From: Escherichia coli | GTDB taxonomy: Bacteria > Pseudomonadota > Gammaproteobacteria > Enterobacterales > Enterobacteriaceae | NCBI RefSeq assembly: GCF_965641715.1 | Contig: NZ_OZ282453.1 | Reading direction: 5' to 3' (one strand) | Length of the DNA: 64,000 bases | Shown here: in pieces, positions 21,340-31,099 of the stretch | How the letters are laid out: each line of letters begins with the position of its first letter | Numbering within the stretch: position 1 is the stretch's first letter | Program-made: the position numbers and the translations under genes | The notes under the pieces: model-generated | What the model saw: the letters and a program-made list of their open reading frames with translations, nothing else | Databases searched by the model: none | What the model was told of the DNA's origin: nothing

Positions 21340-22476
21340 ATGGATTTACTGATTATTTTGACCTATGTGGCTTTTGCATGGGCAATGTTTAAGATCTTCA
21401 AAATTCCCGTAAATAAATGGACCATTCCCACAGCGGCCCTGGGTGGAATATTTATTGTCAGCGGTCTAATTCTGTTAATGAACTATAACCATCCGTATAC
21501 CTTTAAAGCGCAAAAAGCGGTTATTTCTATTCCTGTTGTCCCACAGGTGACTGGTGTGGTGATTGAAGTGACGGATAAGAAAAATACGCTGATTAAAAAA
21601 GGTGAAGTGCTATTTCGACTGGACCCGACGCGTTATCAGGCGCGGGTGGATCGGCTGATGGCGGATATCGTTACCGCAGAACATAAACAGCGGGCGTTGG
21701 GCGCAGAGTTAGATGAGATGGTGGCGAATACTCAGCAGGCAAAGGCCACGCGGGATAAATTCGCTAAAGAGTACCAGCGTTACGCACGCGGCAGCCAGGC
21801 GAAAGTAAACCCGTTTTCAGAACGCGATATTGATGTGGCACGGCAAAATTATCTGGCGCAGGAAGCCTCCGTAAAGTCATCGGCGGCGGAACAAAAACAG
21901 ATCCAGAGCCAGCTGGATAGCCTGGTGTTGGGTGAACATTCTCAAATCGCCAGCCTGAAAGCGCAGCTCGCGGAAGCAAAATATAACCTTGAGCAGACGA
22001 TAGTGCGTGCGCCGAGCGATGGTTATGTGACCCAAGTGCTGATTCGTCCGGGTACCTATGCCGCGTCGCTGCCGCTACGTCCGGTGATGGTGTTTATACC
22101 CGATCAGAAACGACAAATCGTGGCGCAGTTCCGTCAGAACTCCTTGCTGCGACTGGCTCCTGGCGACGATGCGGAAGTGGTGTTTAATGCTCTGCCAGGT
22201 AAGGTATTCAGCGGTAAGCTGGCAGCCATTAGTCCAGCCGTTCCCGGCGGAGCTTATCAGTCGACCGGCACCTTACAGACGTTAAACACAGCGCCGGGTT
22301 CAGATGGCGTTATCGCGACCATTGAACTGGATGAGCATACTGATTTGAGCGCATTACCAGACGGTATTTACGCCCAGGTGGCGGTCTACTCTGATCATTT
22401 CAGCCATGTCTCGGTGATGCGCAAAGTACTGTTACGCATGACCAGCTGGGTGCATTACCTTTATCTCGATCATTAA
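21340..22476 (+). CDS. yiaV: HlyD-family membrane-fusion-like protein YiaV, 378 aa
   Basis: Same architecture and length as YibH; C-terminus [20 protein letters not shown] is nearly identical to that of YibH. Confidence 0.88.
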   Translation: MDLLIILTYVAFAWAMFKIFKIPVNKWTIPTAALGGIFIVSGLILLMNYNHPYTFKAQKAVISIPVVPQVTGVVIEVTDKKNTLIKKGEVLFRLDPTRYQARVDRLMADIVTAEHKQRALGAELDEMVANTQQAKATRDKFAKEYQRYARGSQAKVNPFSERDIDVARQNYLAQEASVKSSAAEQKQIQSQLDSLVLGEHSQIASLKAQLAEAKYNLEQTIVRAPSDGYVTQVLIRPGTYAASLPLRPVMVFIPDQKRQIVAQFRQNSLLRLAPGDDAEVVFNALPGKVFSGKLAAISPAVPGGAYQSTGTLQTLNTAPGSDGVIATIELDEHTDLSALPDGIYAQVAVYSDHFSHVSVMRKVLLRMTSWVHYLYLDH

Positions 22477-23447
22477 TCTTCGCTTTCCGCCGCTTGTTCA
22501 GGCCGCAGTTGCTGCGACTGAGCAAGCTGGTGGCGAATTTCACGCAGCATTTCATCCAGCACATACTGGACCCGCCAGGGCTGGTATTCCCGTTTACGGA
22601 AGATAGCCACCAGATCCAGCCACCATTCATACGGGTGCTGAAAGCAGGGCACCAGCGTGCCGTCTTGCAGATCGCTCTGCACACTTTTGTCTGGCGCAAA
22701 CACAATCCCCAGGTGATTTCGTGCCAGCTCCAGCGCCGATTGCGTGTTATCGCAAACGTAATTTCCCTTCACGCGATAATCCCGCACCTCTTTACTCCCG
22801 GCGACGTTGAAGCGCCAGATATTCGCGTCGTCGATCATCATCGAGTCGATCAAAATACAGGAGTGATGTTCGAGTTCGTCAGGACGGCTAATGGGATGTT
22901 TCTCAAGATAGCGCTGGCTGGCATAAGCGGTTACGGCATATTGGGTAATAAAACTGGCAACCAGCGATTCATCTTTTGGTGGGGCATAGCTGATTAAAAC
23001 ATCACAATCATCAGGAAATTCGACGCCTTCATAAAAGGCATTACGCTCAAGATTGCAGGTTTTTAGCGATAAGGTGATATCACCGATATCTTTAATTTTA
23101 TCGATTACATGTTTGGATAAATAGGTAATTATGCCGGTTGGGGCGTAGATGGTGACCCGACCACGTTTCTCATGCTTATAATCTGCAATAAAATTATTAA
23201 GCTGCTCGTTTCTGTCCAGCATGTCGTTGATGTACGGTAACAGCGCGGTACCAAAAGGTGTGAGCATCAGCTGCCGGGTGGTTCGGTCAAAGACTTTTAA
23301 ACCCACTTTTGATTCAAAATCAGCAAGGTATTTGCTGACGTTGGCCTGTGCGATGCCAAGTACAGTCGCGGCATGGCTGATATTTTCACTGGCAGCGATT
23401 ACCGAGATAATTTTTAACTCCCGGTACTTAAGTTGTAATTTTGTCAT
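22473..23447 (-). CDS. yiaU: LysR-family transcriptional regulator YiaU, 324 aa
   Basis: N-terminal LysR helix-turn-helix; convergent with yiaV, stop codons overlapping. Confidence 0.88.
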   Translation of the reverse strand: MTKLQLKYRELKIISVIAASENISHAATVLGIAQANVSKYLADFESKVGLKVFDRTTRQLMLTPFGTALLPYINDMLDRNEQLNNFIADYKHEKRGRVTIYAPTGIITYLSKHVIDKIKDIGDITLSLKTCNLERNAFYEGVEFPDDCDVLISYAPPKDESLVASFITQYAVTAYASQRYLEKHPISRPDELEHHSCILIDSMMIDDANIWRFNVAGSKEVRDYRVKGNYVCDNTQSALELARNHLGIVFAPDKSVQSDLQDGTLVPCFQHPYEWWLDLVAIFRKREYQPWRVQYVLDEMLREIRHQLAQSQQLRPEQAAESED

Positions 23448-23570
23448 CGCAACAGCCCAATTATATATAATTTTATATATTACTATATAAATATGAATCT
23501 TGCACCGGAGAAATTGTAAGCATTACTATGCCGACTCTTTTTTATCTTATTTTAAAATGGAATACCGGAC

Positions 23571-24311
23571 ATGTTAATTAACCGCAATATTGTGGCGTTA
23601 TTTGCGTTGCCTTTTATGGCAAGCGCAACTGCTTCTGAATTATCCATTGGTGCCGGTGCGGCTTATAATGAATCGCCTTATCGCGGTTATAATGAAAATA
23701 CAAAGGCAATTCCCCTGATTAGTTATGAAGGTGATTCTTTTTATGTTCGTCAGACCACGTTAGGTTTTATTCTGTCGCAAAGTGAAAAAAATGAACTTAG
23801 CCTGACCGCATCCTGGATGCCGCTGGAATTTGACCCTGCCGATAATGACGATTATGCCATGCAACAGCTTGATAAGCGTGATAGTACGGCTATGGCGGGG
23901 GTTGCCTGGTATCACCACGAGCGTTGGGGAACCGTGAAAGCCTCTGCAGCTGCGGACGTTCTGGATAACAGCAACGGCTGGGTGGGGGAGCTATCGGTAT
24001 TCCACAAAATGCAGATAGGTCGTCTGTCGCTGACACCTGCGCTAGGCGTTCTCTATTATGACGAGAATTTCAGTGACTATTACTATGGCATTTCAGAGAG
24101 TGAGTCCCGTCGTAGCGGTCTGGCAAGTTATTCCGCGCAGGATGCCTGGGTGCCCTATGTCAGCCTGACGGCAAAATACCCGATAGGAGAGCACGTCGTA
24201 TTGATGGCGAGCGCAGGATACAGCGAGCTGCCGGAAGAGATTACCGACAGCCCGATGATTGATCGTAATGAGAGTTTTACCTTTGTCACCGGCGTGAGCT
24301 GGCGTTTTTAA
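23571..24311 (+). CDS. yiaT: MipA/OmpV-family outer-membrane protein YiaT, 246 aa
   Basis: Signal peptide and C-terminal aromatic residue (...GVSWRF), typical of a beta-barrel protein. Confidence 0.85.
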   Translation: MLINRNIVALFALPFMASATASELSIGAGAAYNESPYRGYNENTKAIPLISYEGDSFYVRQTTLGFILSQSEKNELSLTASWMPLEFDPADNDDYAMQQLDKRDSTAMAGVAWYHHERWGTVKASAAADVLDNSNGWVGELSVFHKMQIGRLSLTPALGVLYYDENFSDYYYGISESESRRSGLASYSAQDAWVPYVSLTAKYPIGEHVVLMASAGYSELPEEITDSPMIDRNESFTFVTGVSWRF

Positions 24312-24361
24312 TTCACCGGTGGATGTCGGTGCGGCTGGCCTACGCTCTCGCACCGACTTGT

Positions 24362-24447
24362 ATGCCTGATAAGACGTGTTAAGCGTCGCATCAGGCAATG
24401 TGCTCCTTACGTTGGATGCGGCGCGAGTGCCTTATCCAACCTACGGA
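24362..24447. repeat. REP pair between yiaT and the accessory hydrolase gene
   Basis: Units gcctgataagacgtgttaagcgtcgcatcaggc and ggatgcggcgcgagtgccttatccaacctacgg; the second overlaps the hydrolase stop. Confidence 0.55.
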
Positions 24448-26411
24448 TGGCAATGCTTTTCCTCATTCACCCAGATCCGCATTTCGCCTTCACCCCGGTT
24501 GGCCCAGCTAAACCACGGGATAAAGGTCAGAGTTTGCGTCTGGCGTTTGGCTGGCGCGCTGTCGTAATGCCACAGCGGTTGCTGCTCTGGATTGCTCTGT
24601 TCATACCGGTAACCCGGTGCCTGGATTAAGATCTTATGGCTAAACAATCCCTTGCCTTCAAATGTCGTAAATGGCGCATCGGTGGGCAGCCACAGATTAT
24701 GCAGTGACTCGCCGTTGTCGGCCTGTTCCAGGCAATACACCAGCGGGCCGCGCTGAATCGCCACTTTTCCGGCGACGTGACGCACCAGCGGGTTACCGTA
24801 AACGCGGCGTACCGGCATCGGCAAAGTCAGATTCAGCGTATCGCCCTCCTGCCATTCGCGGGTAATGTGCAAATACCCTTTACGAATATCCTGCTCGACC
24901 TCTTCCCCATTCAATATGATCTGCGGCTGTGTGCACCAGTCCGGCAGACGTAAAGCCAGCGTATGACGTACCGGCTGGGGCGATTCAACCGCAATCGTCA
25001 CCTGCTCCTGCCACGGATAGTTCCCGCTAACCCGCAGGCGCAGCGTGCCATTTTCTACCGGCACTTCCATGCTGTTTCCTGCGTATATGTTGATATACAA
25101 CGCATCTTCACGCGGCGTGTAGAGATAATGACCAATCGAGGTCAGCACGCGGGCGATATTTGGCGGACAACAAGCGCAGCCAAACCAACGCTGGCGGATC
25201 GGTTTAACGTGATCGTAGATATGGTTGAATTTCAGCGATTTTGGATGTACTTCCAGCGGATTCACATAGAAGAAATGTTTGCCATCCAGCGCCATGCCGC
25301 CGAGCACGGTGTTGTACAGTGCACGCTCCATCACATCGGCATATTGACTGTCGCCTTCCATTTCCAGCATTCGTCGGGCAAACATCATCAGGCCGATGGA
25401 GGCGCAACTTTCAGCGTATACCGTGTCATTCGGCAGATCGTAATCGCTAGTGAACGCTTCGCCGCTGCTTTGCGAGCCAATGCCGCCGGTAATATATAAC
25501 TGACGCTGGGCCATATTGTTCCACAGCCGCAGGCAGTCCTGACGCTTGCTGTCATCGTGACTTAAACGCGCGAGATGCGCGACGCCGGTCATCAGATAGA
25601 CAAAACGTACCGCGTGACCGATGGCGGTTTGCTGTTGCGCAAGGGGTAAATGTGCCTGGCTGTAGGCTTTGTCTTTCACCATCCACGCCGGGCCGTAGGT
25701 GTGCCAGTGCGATGTCTGCCCGCGCTTTTCATATTCCTGGTCGTAATAGTGCGGTTGCGCACCACGCTGTTCGACAAAATAGTTCGTCAGCGCCAGGTAG
25801 CGCGGCTCTTCAGTCACTTCATACAGGCGCATTAGTGCCAGTTCAATTTCCGGGTGACCAGGATAACCGTGTAACTTACTTTCATCTGGACCAAATACGC
25901 TGTCGATATGATCGGCCAGGCGGCAAACGACCCCCAGCAAGCGCCGTTTTCCCGTGGCCTGGAAGAAGGCGACTCCGGCTTCAATCAGATGACCTGCGCA
26001 GTAAAGTTCATGACACTCCGCCAGATTGCTCCAGCGTTCTTCGGGTGCTTTTACCGTAAAGTAAGTATTGAGATAGCCGTCTTCGCATTGGGCGGAGGCG
26101 ATCAGTTCGATTACCTCGTCGGCGGTTTTTTCCAGTTCGGCGTCCGGCTTCTGGCACAGCGACCAGGCTACCGCTTCCAGCCATTTGGCGACGTCGCTGT
26201 CCTGAAACACCATCCCGTAAAATTCACCCTCCTGAAGTCCGGCGGCAATGCGAAAGTTTTCAATCGCATGGCTGGGTTCCGCTTCTGGGATACGATCGTT
26301 CAAGGCATCCCACTGATAAGGAATCACCACGTCGCGGACCAGTTGTTGGTACTGACCGAGGAACGGATCGCTGACCGTCAGTTTATGCAGATCGACTTCC
26401 GAAATGTTCAT
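24441..26411 (-). CDS. Glycoside hydrolase family 127-like protein (DUF1680; beta-L-arabinofuranosidase-type), about 656 aa
   Basis: Motifs AESCASIG (Glu-x-Cys) and WFGCACCPPN (Cys pair) resemble the Zn/catalytic-Cys site of GH127 HypBA1; start refined to ATG 26411 with SD aaggag overlapping the upstream stop. Confidence 0.75.
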   Translation of the reverse strand: MNISEVDLHKLTVSDPFLGQYQQLVRDVVIPYQWDALNDRIPEAEPSHAIENFRIAAGLQEGEFYGMVFQDSDVAKWLEAVAWSLCQKPDAELEKTADEVIELIASAQCEDGYLNTYFTVKAPEERWSNLAECHELYCAGHLIEAGVAFFQATGKRRLLGVVCRLADHIDSVFGPDESKLHGYPGHPEIELALMRLYEVTEEPRYLALTNYFVEQRGAQPHYYDQEYEKRGQTSHWHTYGPAWMVKDKAYSQAHLPLAQQQTAIGHAVRFVYLMTGVAHLARLSHDDSKRQDCLRLWNNMAQRQLYITGGIGSQSSGEAFTSDYDLPNDTVYAESCASIGLMMFARRMLEMEGDSQYADVMERALYNTVLGGMALDGKHFFYVNPLEVHPKSLKFNHIYDHVKPIRQRWFGCACCPPNIARVLTSIGHYLYTPREDALYINIYAGNSMEVPVENGTLRLRVSGNYPWQEQVTIAVESPQPVRHTLALRLPDWCTQPQIILNGEEVEQDIRKGYLHITREWQEGDTLNLTLPMPVRRVYGNPLVRHVAGKVAIQRGPLVYCLEQADNGESLHNLWLPTDAPFTTFEGKGLFSHKILIQAPGYRYEQSNPEQQPLWHYDSAPAKRQTQTLTFIPWFSWANRGEGEMRIWVNEEKHCHP

Positions 26412-26421
26412 CTTGTGCTCC

Positions 26422-27822
26422 TTAAGGCTGTACATGACGCTGACGCAGGTCGGTAGCTATGCGTGACATCATAGGATTATTGAGTTTGCAAAAGCGGATC
26501 GCCCCTGCCAGCAGCAGGTGGAATAGCGCAGGCAGTAATGTTTCCATCGCCGCGATCCCGCCAAGCGAACTGGCGGTCTGGTTTTCCACGCCAGGCTGGT
26601 AGGCGACAAAAATAAACAGCAGGCTGATGATCCCGGCGCTGGAGGCCCAGGCCAGCTTGATGAAAAACAGATTGAAGGCGAAGTTCATGCCGGAAGAACG
26701 TACGCGGGTTTTCCACTCGCCGTAGTCATCGGCAAAGGCCATCAATGAGAAGTGCAGTGGCAATGTGAAGCCAAGAATCACGCCATTACCGAGGATCACC
26801 GCCAGCCACAGCGTTTGATAAGCCGGGCCGGAGGGCAGGAACCACATCAACACCGCCAGCGCAGCGAGGAGCTGGTTGGTGTAGTAGTAAATTTTGACGG
26901 TATCGAAACGCCGCGTTAACGGGCTGACAATCACCGAGCCGATAATGGAGGCGAAGGTGACCATGGTGAAGAACAGCGACGTGTAGCCCGTACTGCCTTG
27001 TAAGACGTAGGTAATGAAGTACATATACCCACCGCCGCGAATGTTAAAGACGTTAATCAGCAGGAAAGACATGACCAGCATCAGCAGCAGTTGGTCGTTG
27101 TTCCGCAGCCCGGCAAGATGTTCGCGCAGGGTAAATTTCCCCATTGTGGAGAGTGGCACCCGTTCACGAACCCAGAAGAAACAGCACAGAAACATCACCA
27201 CGGCGATGGCGCACAGCACGCCGACGCCCAGTTGATAGCCGCGCGCGGCATTACCCTGACCGAAGAGATCTACCATCCACGGTAAGCCTACCGAAACCAG
27301 AAATCCCGCTACGCCACAGAGAACGAATCGCCAGGACTGGCAGGAGATCACTTCATTGTGGCGGGTGGTCATGGTGTTGATCAGCGCGCAGTACGGTACG
27401 TTGATGGCGGTATAACCGACTGAAAGGAGCAGGTAAGTACCGAACGCCCAGGCGATTTTTACTCCCATGCTGGCATCTGGCACGGTGAACGTCAGGATGC
27501 CGATAATGCCGATGGGAATGGCAATCCATAGCTGCCACGGACGAAAGCGCCCCCATCGGCTTTGCGTCCGGTCGGCAATGACGCCCATCACCGGGTCGGA
27601 GATAGCATCAAACACGCGCAGTGCAATAAACAGCGTGCCAACCAGCGCCGGAGTTAATCCAAAAACGTCGGTGTAGAAAAAGGTGAGAAAGTTCATGATC
27701 AGGCAAGTTATTACGGTGCCGCCTGCGTCACCCAGGCCGTAGCCTATTTTTTCCCGTACAGATAACGCATCGTCAATTTTACCTTTAGCGATATCAGCGG
27801 TAGTAATCGGTGTAGAGGTCAT
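26422..27822 (-). CDS. Glycoside-pentoside-hexuronide (GPH) family sugar:cation symporter, 466 aa
   Basis: About 12 predicted transmembrane segments; GYGLGD motif near the N-terminus as in MelB/YicJ-type transporters; SD gagga upstream of the start. Confidence 0.75.
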   Translation of the reverse strand: MTSTPITTADIAKGKIDDALSVREKIGYGLGDAGGTVITCLIMNFLTFFYTDVFGLTPALVGTLFIALRVFDAISDPVMGVIADRTQSRWGRFRPWQLWIAIPIGIIGILTFTVPDASMGVKIAWAFGTYLLLSVGYTAINVPYCALINTMTTRHNEVISCQSWRFVLCGVAGFLVSVGLPWMVDLFGQGNAARGYQLGVGVLCAIAVVMFLCCFFWVRERVPLSTMGKFTLREHLAGLRNNDQLLLMLVMSFLLINVFNIRGGGYMYFITYVLQGSTGYTSLFFTMVTFASIIGSVIVSPLTRRFDTVKIYYYTNQLLAALAVLMWFLPSGPAYQTLWLAVILGNGVILGFTLPLHFSLMAFADDYGEWKTRVRSSGMNFAFNLFFIKLAWASSAGIISLLFIFVAYQPGVENQTASSLGGIAAMETLLPALFHLLLAGAIRFCKLNNPMMSRIATDLRQRHVQP

Positions 27823-28047
27823 AGATATTCCTCGTGAATAGGGAGCAATTTTTAGTTTTATTGAAATGACCTGATTAATTCTGCCGTGAACGGGAATATC
27901 AACAAGGCGAGAAAAGAGTAAAAAAAGGTGACGATTCCGACCTGAATTTAAAAGTGTGAAATGGATCAGGTGAAATTAATGTTTTTGATTAATAATCAAA
28001 AGGTAATGTGTTTAATCATTGATGAATAAGCGGGAAATTACATATCA
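27823..28047. promoter_or_regulatory. AT-rich divergent promoter region between the symporter operon and the AraC-type regulator, with direct repeat GTGAAAT-N7-GTGAAAT
   Basis: Read directly; direct repeats at 27954-27977 are typical of AraC/XylS-type operator half-sites. Confidence 0.35.
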
Positions 28048-28863
28048 ATGCTCGAATTATCCATGACGTTACCGATTAAAGTGCAAAATGGTGGATTATT
28101 TATTTCCCGTGGCGTAGGGAGGCATCCTGCAAGGCGGCTGGAGTCATGGGAAATTATCTTTGTCGAAAAAGGTCGATTAACGATTCAGGAAGAAGAACGG
28201 ATATTTCTGGTCGATGCGGGAGAGAGTTTATTACTCTGGCCGAACCGACAACATGTTGGGGTGGAGGATTTTCCCGCCGATCTCAAATTTTACTGGCTGC
28301 ATTTTGAGGTTAAAGCGCCGGACAACGACCCTCGCTGGCTTACTCATCTTAGCGTGCCGCAACAAACGAAGGTTGTCGATCCGCAGGCGCTGGTGGCCCT
28401 GTTTCGCCAGTTCTTAAGCGAACAGGAAAAGCATCAACGCACTCCGGCGCTGGAGTTTATTGTGCTGCTCATTTTGCAGCAGCTCACCCGTGACGCGCGT
28501 CTTGATGAACAGGCCGATGGCGCAGGCACCACCCTTGCCTGGAAAGCGCAGAAACTGATCCGCACGCAATATCATCGCCCGCTTTCTACGGCGCTTCTGG
28601 CCCGCGAGCTGTACTGCAATGCCGATTATCTTGGGCGCGTCTACCGGCGGGTGTTTCATCTGACGTTAACAGAAGCAATCCATCGCCAGCGGGTGCGCGA
28701 AGCCGAAAAGCTGTTAATTAGCGAAGCGCGATCGCTCACGGAAGTGGCGGCGTTGTGCGGGTTTAATGACGTTGGCTATTTCCGGCAGATTTTTCGCAAA
28801 CACACCGGTTTAACGCCAGCAGCGTGGAAGCGGCGTTACAGCAAGGAACATATCAATTCGTAG
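28048..28863 (+). CDS. AraC/XylS-family transcriptional regulator, 271 aa
   Basis: N-terminal cupin-like sugar-binding domain and C-terminal dual helix-turn-helix (ALCGFNDVGYFRQIFRKHTGLTPAAWKRRY); start could alternatively be Met6 at 28063. Confidence 0.75.
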   Translation: MLELSMTLPIKVQNGGLFISRGVGRHPARRLESWEIIFVEKGRLTIQEEERIFLVDAGESLLLWPNRQHVGVEDFPADLKFYWLHFEVKAPDNDPRWLTHLSVPQQTKVVDPQALVALFRQFLSEQEKHQRTPALEFIVLLILQQLTRDARLDEQADGAGTTLAWKAQKLIRTQYHRPLSTALLARELYCNADYLGRVYRRVFHLTLTEAIHRQRVREAEKLLISEARSLTEVAALCGFNDVGYFRQIFRKHTGLTPAAWKRRYSKEHINS

Positions 28864-28865
28864 TG

Positions 28866-28890
28866 CCGGGGCGATGAAGCCCCGGCGTGA
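28866..28890. terminator. GC-rich hairpin between the convergent AraC-type gene and sgbE (possible bidirectional terminator)
   Basis: gccggggcgatgaagccccggc palindrome directly after the AraC-type stop. Confidence 0.45.
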
Positions 28891-28894
28891 GGGA

Positions 28895-29590
28895 TTACTG
28901 CCCGTAATAGGCATTGTCTCCATGCTTACGCAGGTAGTGCTTATCCAGCAGTTCGTTTTGCATGGCAGGGAGCTGCGGCGCAAGCTGGCGCGAGAACAGG
29001 CCCATATAGGCGCACTCTTCCAGCACCACGGCGTTATGCACCGCATCGGCGGCGTTTTTTCCCCAGGCGAACGGGCCGTGAGAATGTACCAGTACCGCCG
29101 GGATTTGTGCCGGGTTCAAACCACGTTCTTCGAAGGTTTGAATGATCACTTCGCCAGTCTGGTATTCATACTCGCCGTTGATCTCCTCTGCTGTCATCTG
29201 GCGCGTGCAGGGGATGGTACCGTAAAAATAATCGGCGTGGGTGGTGCCCCAGGCGGGGAGATCCAGCCCGGCCTGCGACCAGATGGTAGCGTGGCGCGAG
29301 TGGGTATGCACAATACCGCCAATTTCGGCATAGCGACGGTAGAGCGCCAGATGCGTTGGCGTGTCGGACGAGGGCTTTTTGCTGCCTTCCACCACTTTAC
29401 CGCTGGCTATCTCAACCACCACCATATCGTCGGCGGTCATCACGTCGTACTCGACGCCGGAAGGTTTGATTACCATCCATTGCCGCGTTTCGTCTACCGC
29501 GCTGACATTGCCCCAGGTGAACGTCACCAGATGGTGAGCGGGAAGTGCCAGATTTGCCGCCAGCACGTCGGCTTTCAGTTGCTCTAACAT
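28895..29590 (-). CDS. sgbE: L-ribulose-5-phosphate 4-epimerase, 231 aa
   Basis: Class II aldolase/epimerase sequence; length and order sgbH-sgbU-sgbE. Confidence 0.92.
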   Translation of the reverse strand: MLEQLKADVLAANLALPAHHLVTFTWGNVSAVDETRQWMVIKPSGVEYDVMTADDMVVVEIASGKVVEGSKKPSSDTPTHLALYRRYAEIGGIVHTHSRHATIWSQAGLDLPAWGTTHADYFYGTIPCTRQMTAEEINGEYEYQTGEVIIQTFEERGLNPAQIPAVLVHSHGPFAWGKNAADAVHNAVVLEECAYMGLFSRQLAPQLPAMQNELLDKHYLRKHGDNAYYGQ

Positions 29591-30444
29591 ATAAATCCAG
29601 CCTCCTGCATACGCGCTTCAATCCAGCGCCGCGCCTGAATAATCTCCAGCACCGGCTCTTTGGCTTTTTCGGTCCACATCTCAATCAGGAAAGAACCGCG
29701 ATAGTTCAGTTCATGCAGCGTTTTGAAGATGCCAACGAAATCGACGCAGCCTTCGCCAAACGGCACATCACGGAACTGTCCGGGACTTTGCTCGGTGACT
29801 GGCTGGGTGTCTTTCAGGTGGATGGCGGCGATACGGTCAATGCCCAGTTTCAGTTCGGCGGGAACATCATTGCCCCAGGCGCTGAGGTTGCCGACGTCCG
29901 GGTAGACGGTGAACCACGGCGAGGCGAGCATCTCGTCCCATTTTTTCCATTTGCTGATGGAGTTCATAAACGCGGTATCCATAATCTCCACCGCCAGCAT
30001 TACTTGTGATGCCGCCGCCTGTTCGACTGCCCACGCCAGCCCTTCAGCAAAACGTTGTTGGGTGCCTTCGTCGTGGTCTTCGTAATAGACGTCATAACCT
30101 GCCAGCTGGATTGTGCGAATGCCGAGATCGCGCGCCAGGCGAATCGCTTTACTCATTATTTCCCGCGCCCGTTCGCGCACTGCCTCGTCCCGGCTGCCAA
30201 AGGGAAAACGACGATGGGCAGACAGGCACATTGACGGAATGGCAACACCCGTTTCGATCATCGCAGTGACCAGCGAAGCACGTTGTGCGGCGCTCCAGTC
30301 AAGACGTGAGAGCCGTTCGTCGGTTTCATCCACCGACATTTCGACGAAATCAAAACCGCAGCTTTTTGCCAGCACCAGCCGCTCCGGCCAGGAGAGATCT
30401 TTCGCCAGCGCTTTTTCATAAATCCCTAACGGATGATTACGCAC
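29584..30444 (-). CDS. sgbU: L-xylulose-5-phosphate 3-epimerase, 286 aa
   Basis: ORF track frame is longer; start placed at GTG 30444 ([11 protein letters not shown]...) to give the K-12 length; overlaps sgbH 3' end by 8 nt. Confidence 0.85.
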   Translation of the reverse strand: MRNHPLGIYEKALAKDLSWPERLVLAKSCGFDFVEMSVDETDERLSRLDWSAAQRASLVTAMIETGVAIPSMCLSAHRRFPFGSRDEAVRERAREIMSKAIRLARDLGIRTIQLAGYDVYYEDHDEGTQQRFAEGLAWAVEQAAASQVMLAVEIMDTAFMNSISKWKKWDEMLASPWFTVYPDVGNLSAWGNDVPAELKLGIDRIAAIHLKDTQPVTEQSPGQFRDVPFGEGCVDFVGIFKTLHELNYRGSFLIEMWTEKAKEPVLEIIQARRWIEARMQEAGFIC

Positions 30445-31099
30445 GCTTGCCTCCCCAGATAGCGTCGATTTGCGCATGAAAATCAGCGGCCACCTGTGCC
30501 GGATTTGCCGCGCCTGCCAGTGCTCTCCCGGCAATAAACGCTTTCACGCGGATATCTTTAAACAGCGGCAGGTCAGCAGGGGTAATCCCGCCAGTAATGG
30601 AAAGCTCAAGGCCGATATCTGAAAGCGCCTTCATGCGTGCCAGATCGGCTTCACCCCACTGTTGCCCGCTGGCCTGTGCATCACGACCGCGATGATAAAT
30701 GGCCTGCCGCACGCCAATACGATGCCAGTCGCGGGCGTCGTCCAGCGTCCAGTTACCGAACAGCTCTATCTGAATTTCACCCCCGCAGCGTTGCGCCATT
30801 GCGTGGCCTTTTTCTACCGTCGCGAGCGGCGCGGCGCAGATGATGGTCATCCAGTTAGCGCCTGCGCCAAACGCCTGTTGCGCGAGCGTTTCACCAGCGT
30901 CGGCGACCTTCCAGTCAGCAACGATGATTTTGTCCGGGCACTGTTCGCGCAAGGCTTTCACCGCGCCCAGCCCTTCGTTTAAACAGAGAATGGTGCCAGC
31001 TTCGACGATATCGACGCTGTCTTTTAACAGCGTCACGTCGCGCTGTGCGTCTTCAAGTGATGAGTGGTCGAGGGCCAGTTGCAGAAGTGGTCGGCTCAT
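30437..31099 (-). CDS. sgbH: 3-keto-L-gulonate-6-phosphate decarboxylase, 220 aa
   Basis: OMP-decarboxylase-like fold sequence; start overlaps the lyxK stop. Confidence 0.92.
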   Translation of the reverse strand: MSRPLLQLALDHSSLEDAQRDVTLLKDSVDIVEAGTILCLNEGLGAVKALREQCPDKIIVADWKVADAGETLAQQAFGAGANWMTIICAAPLATVEKGHAMAQRCGGEIQIELFGNWTLDDARDWHRIGVRQAIYHRGRDAQASGQQWGEADLARMKALSDIGLELSITGGITPADLPLFKDIRVKAFIAGRALAGAANPAQVAADFHAQIDAIWGGKRA

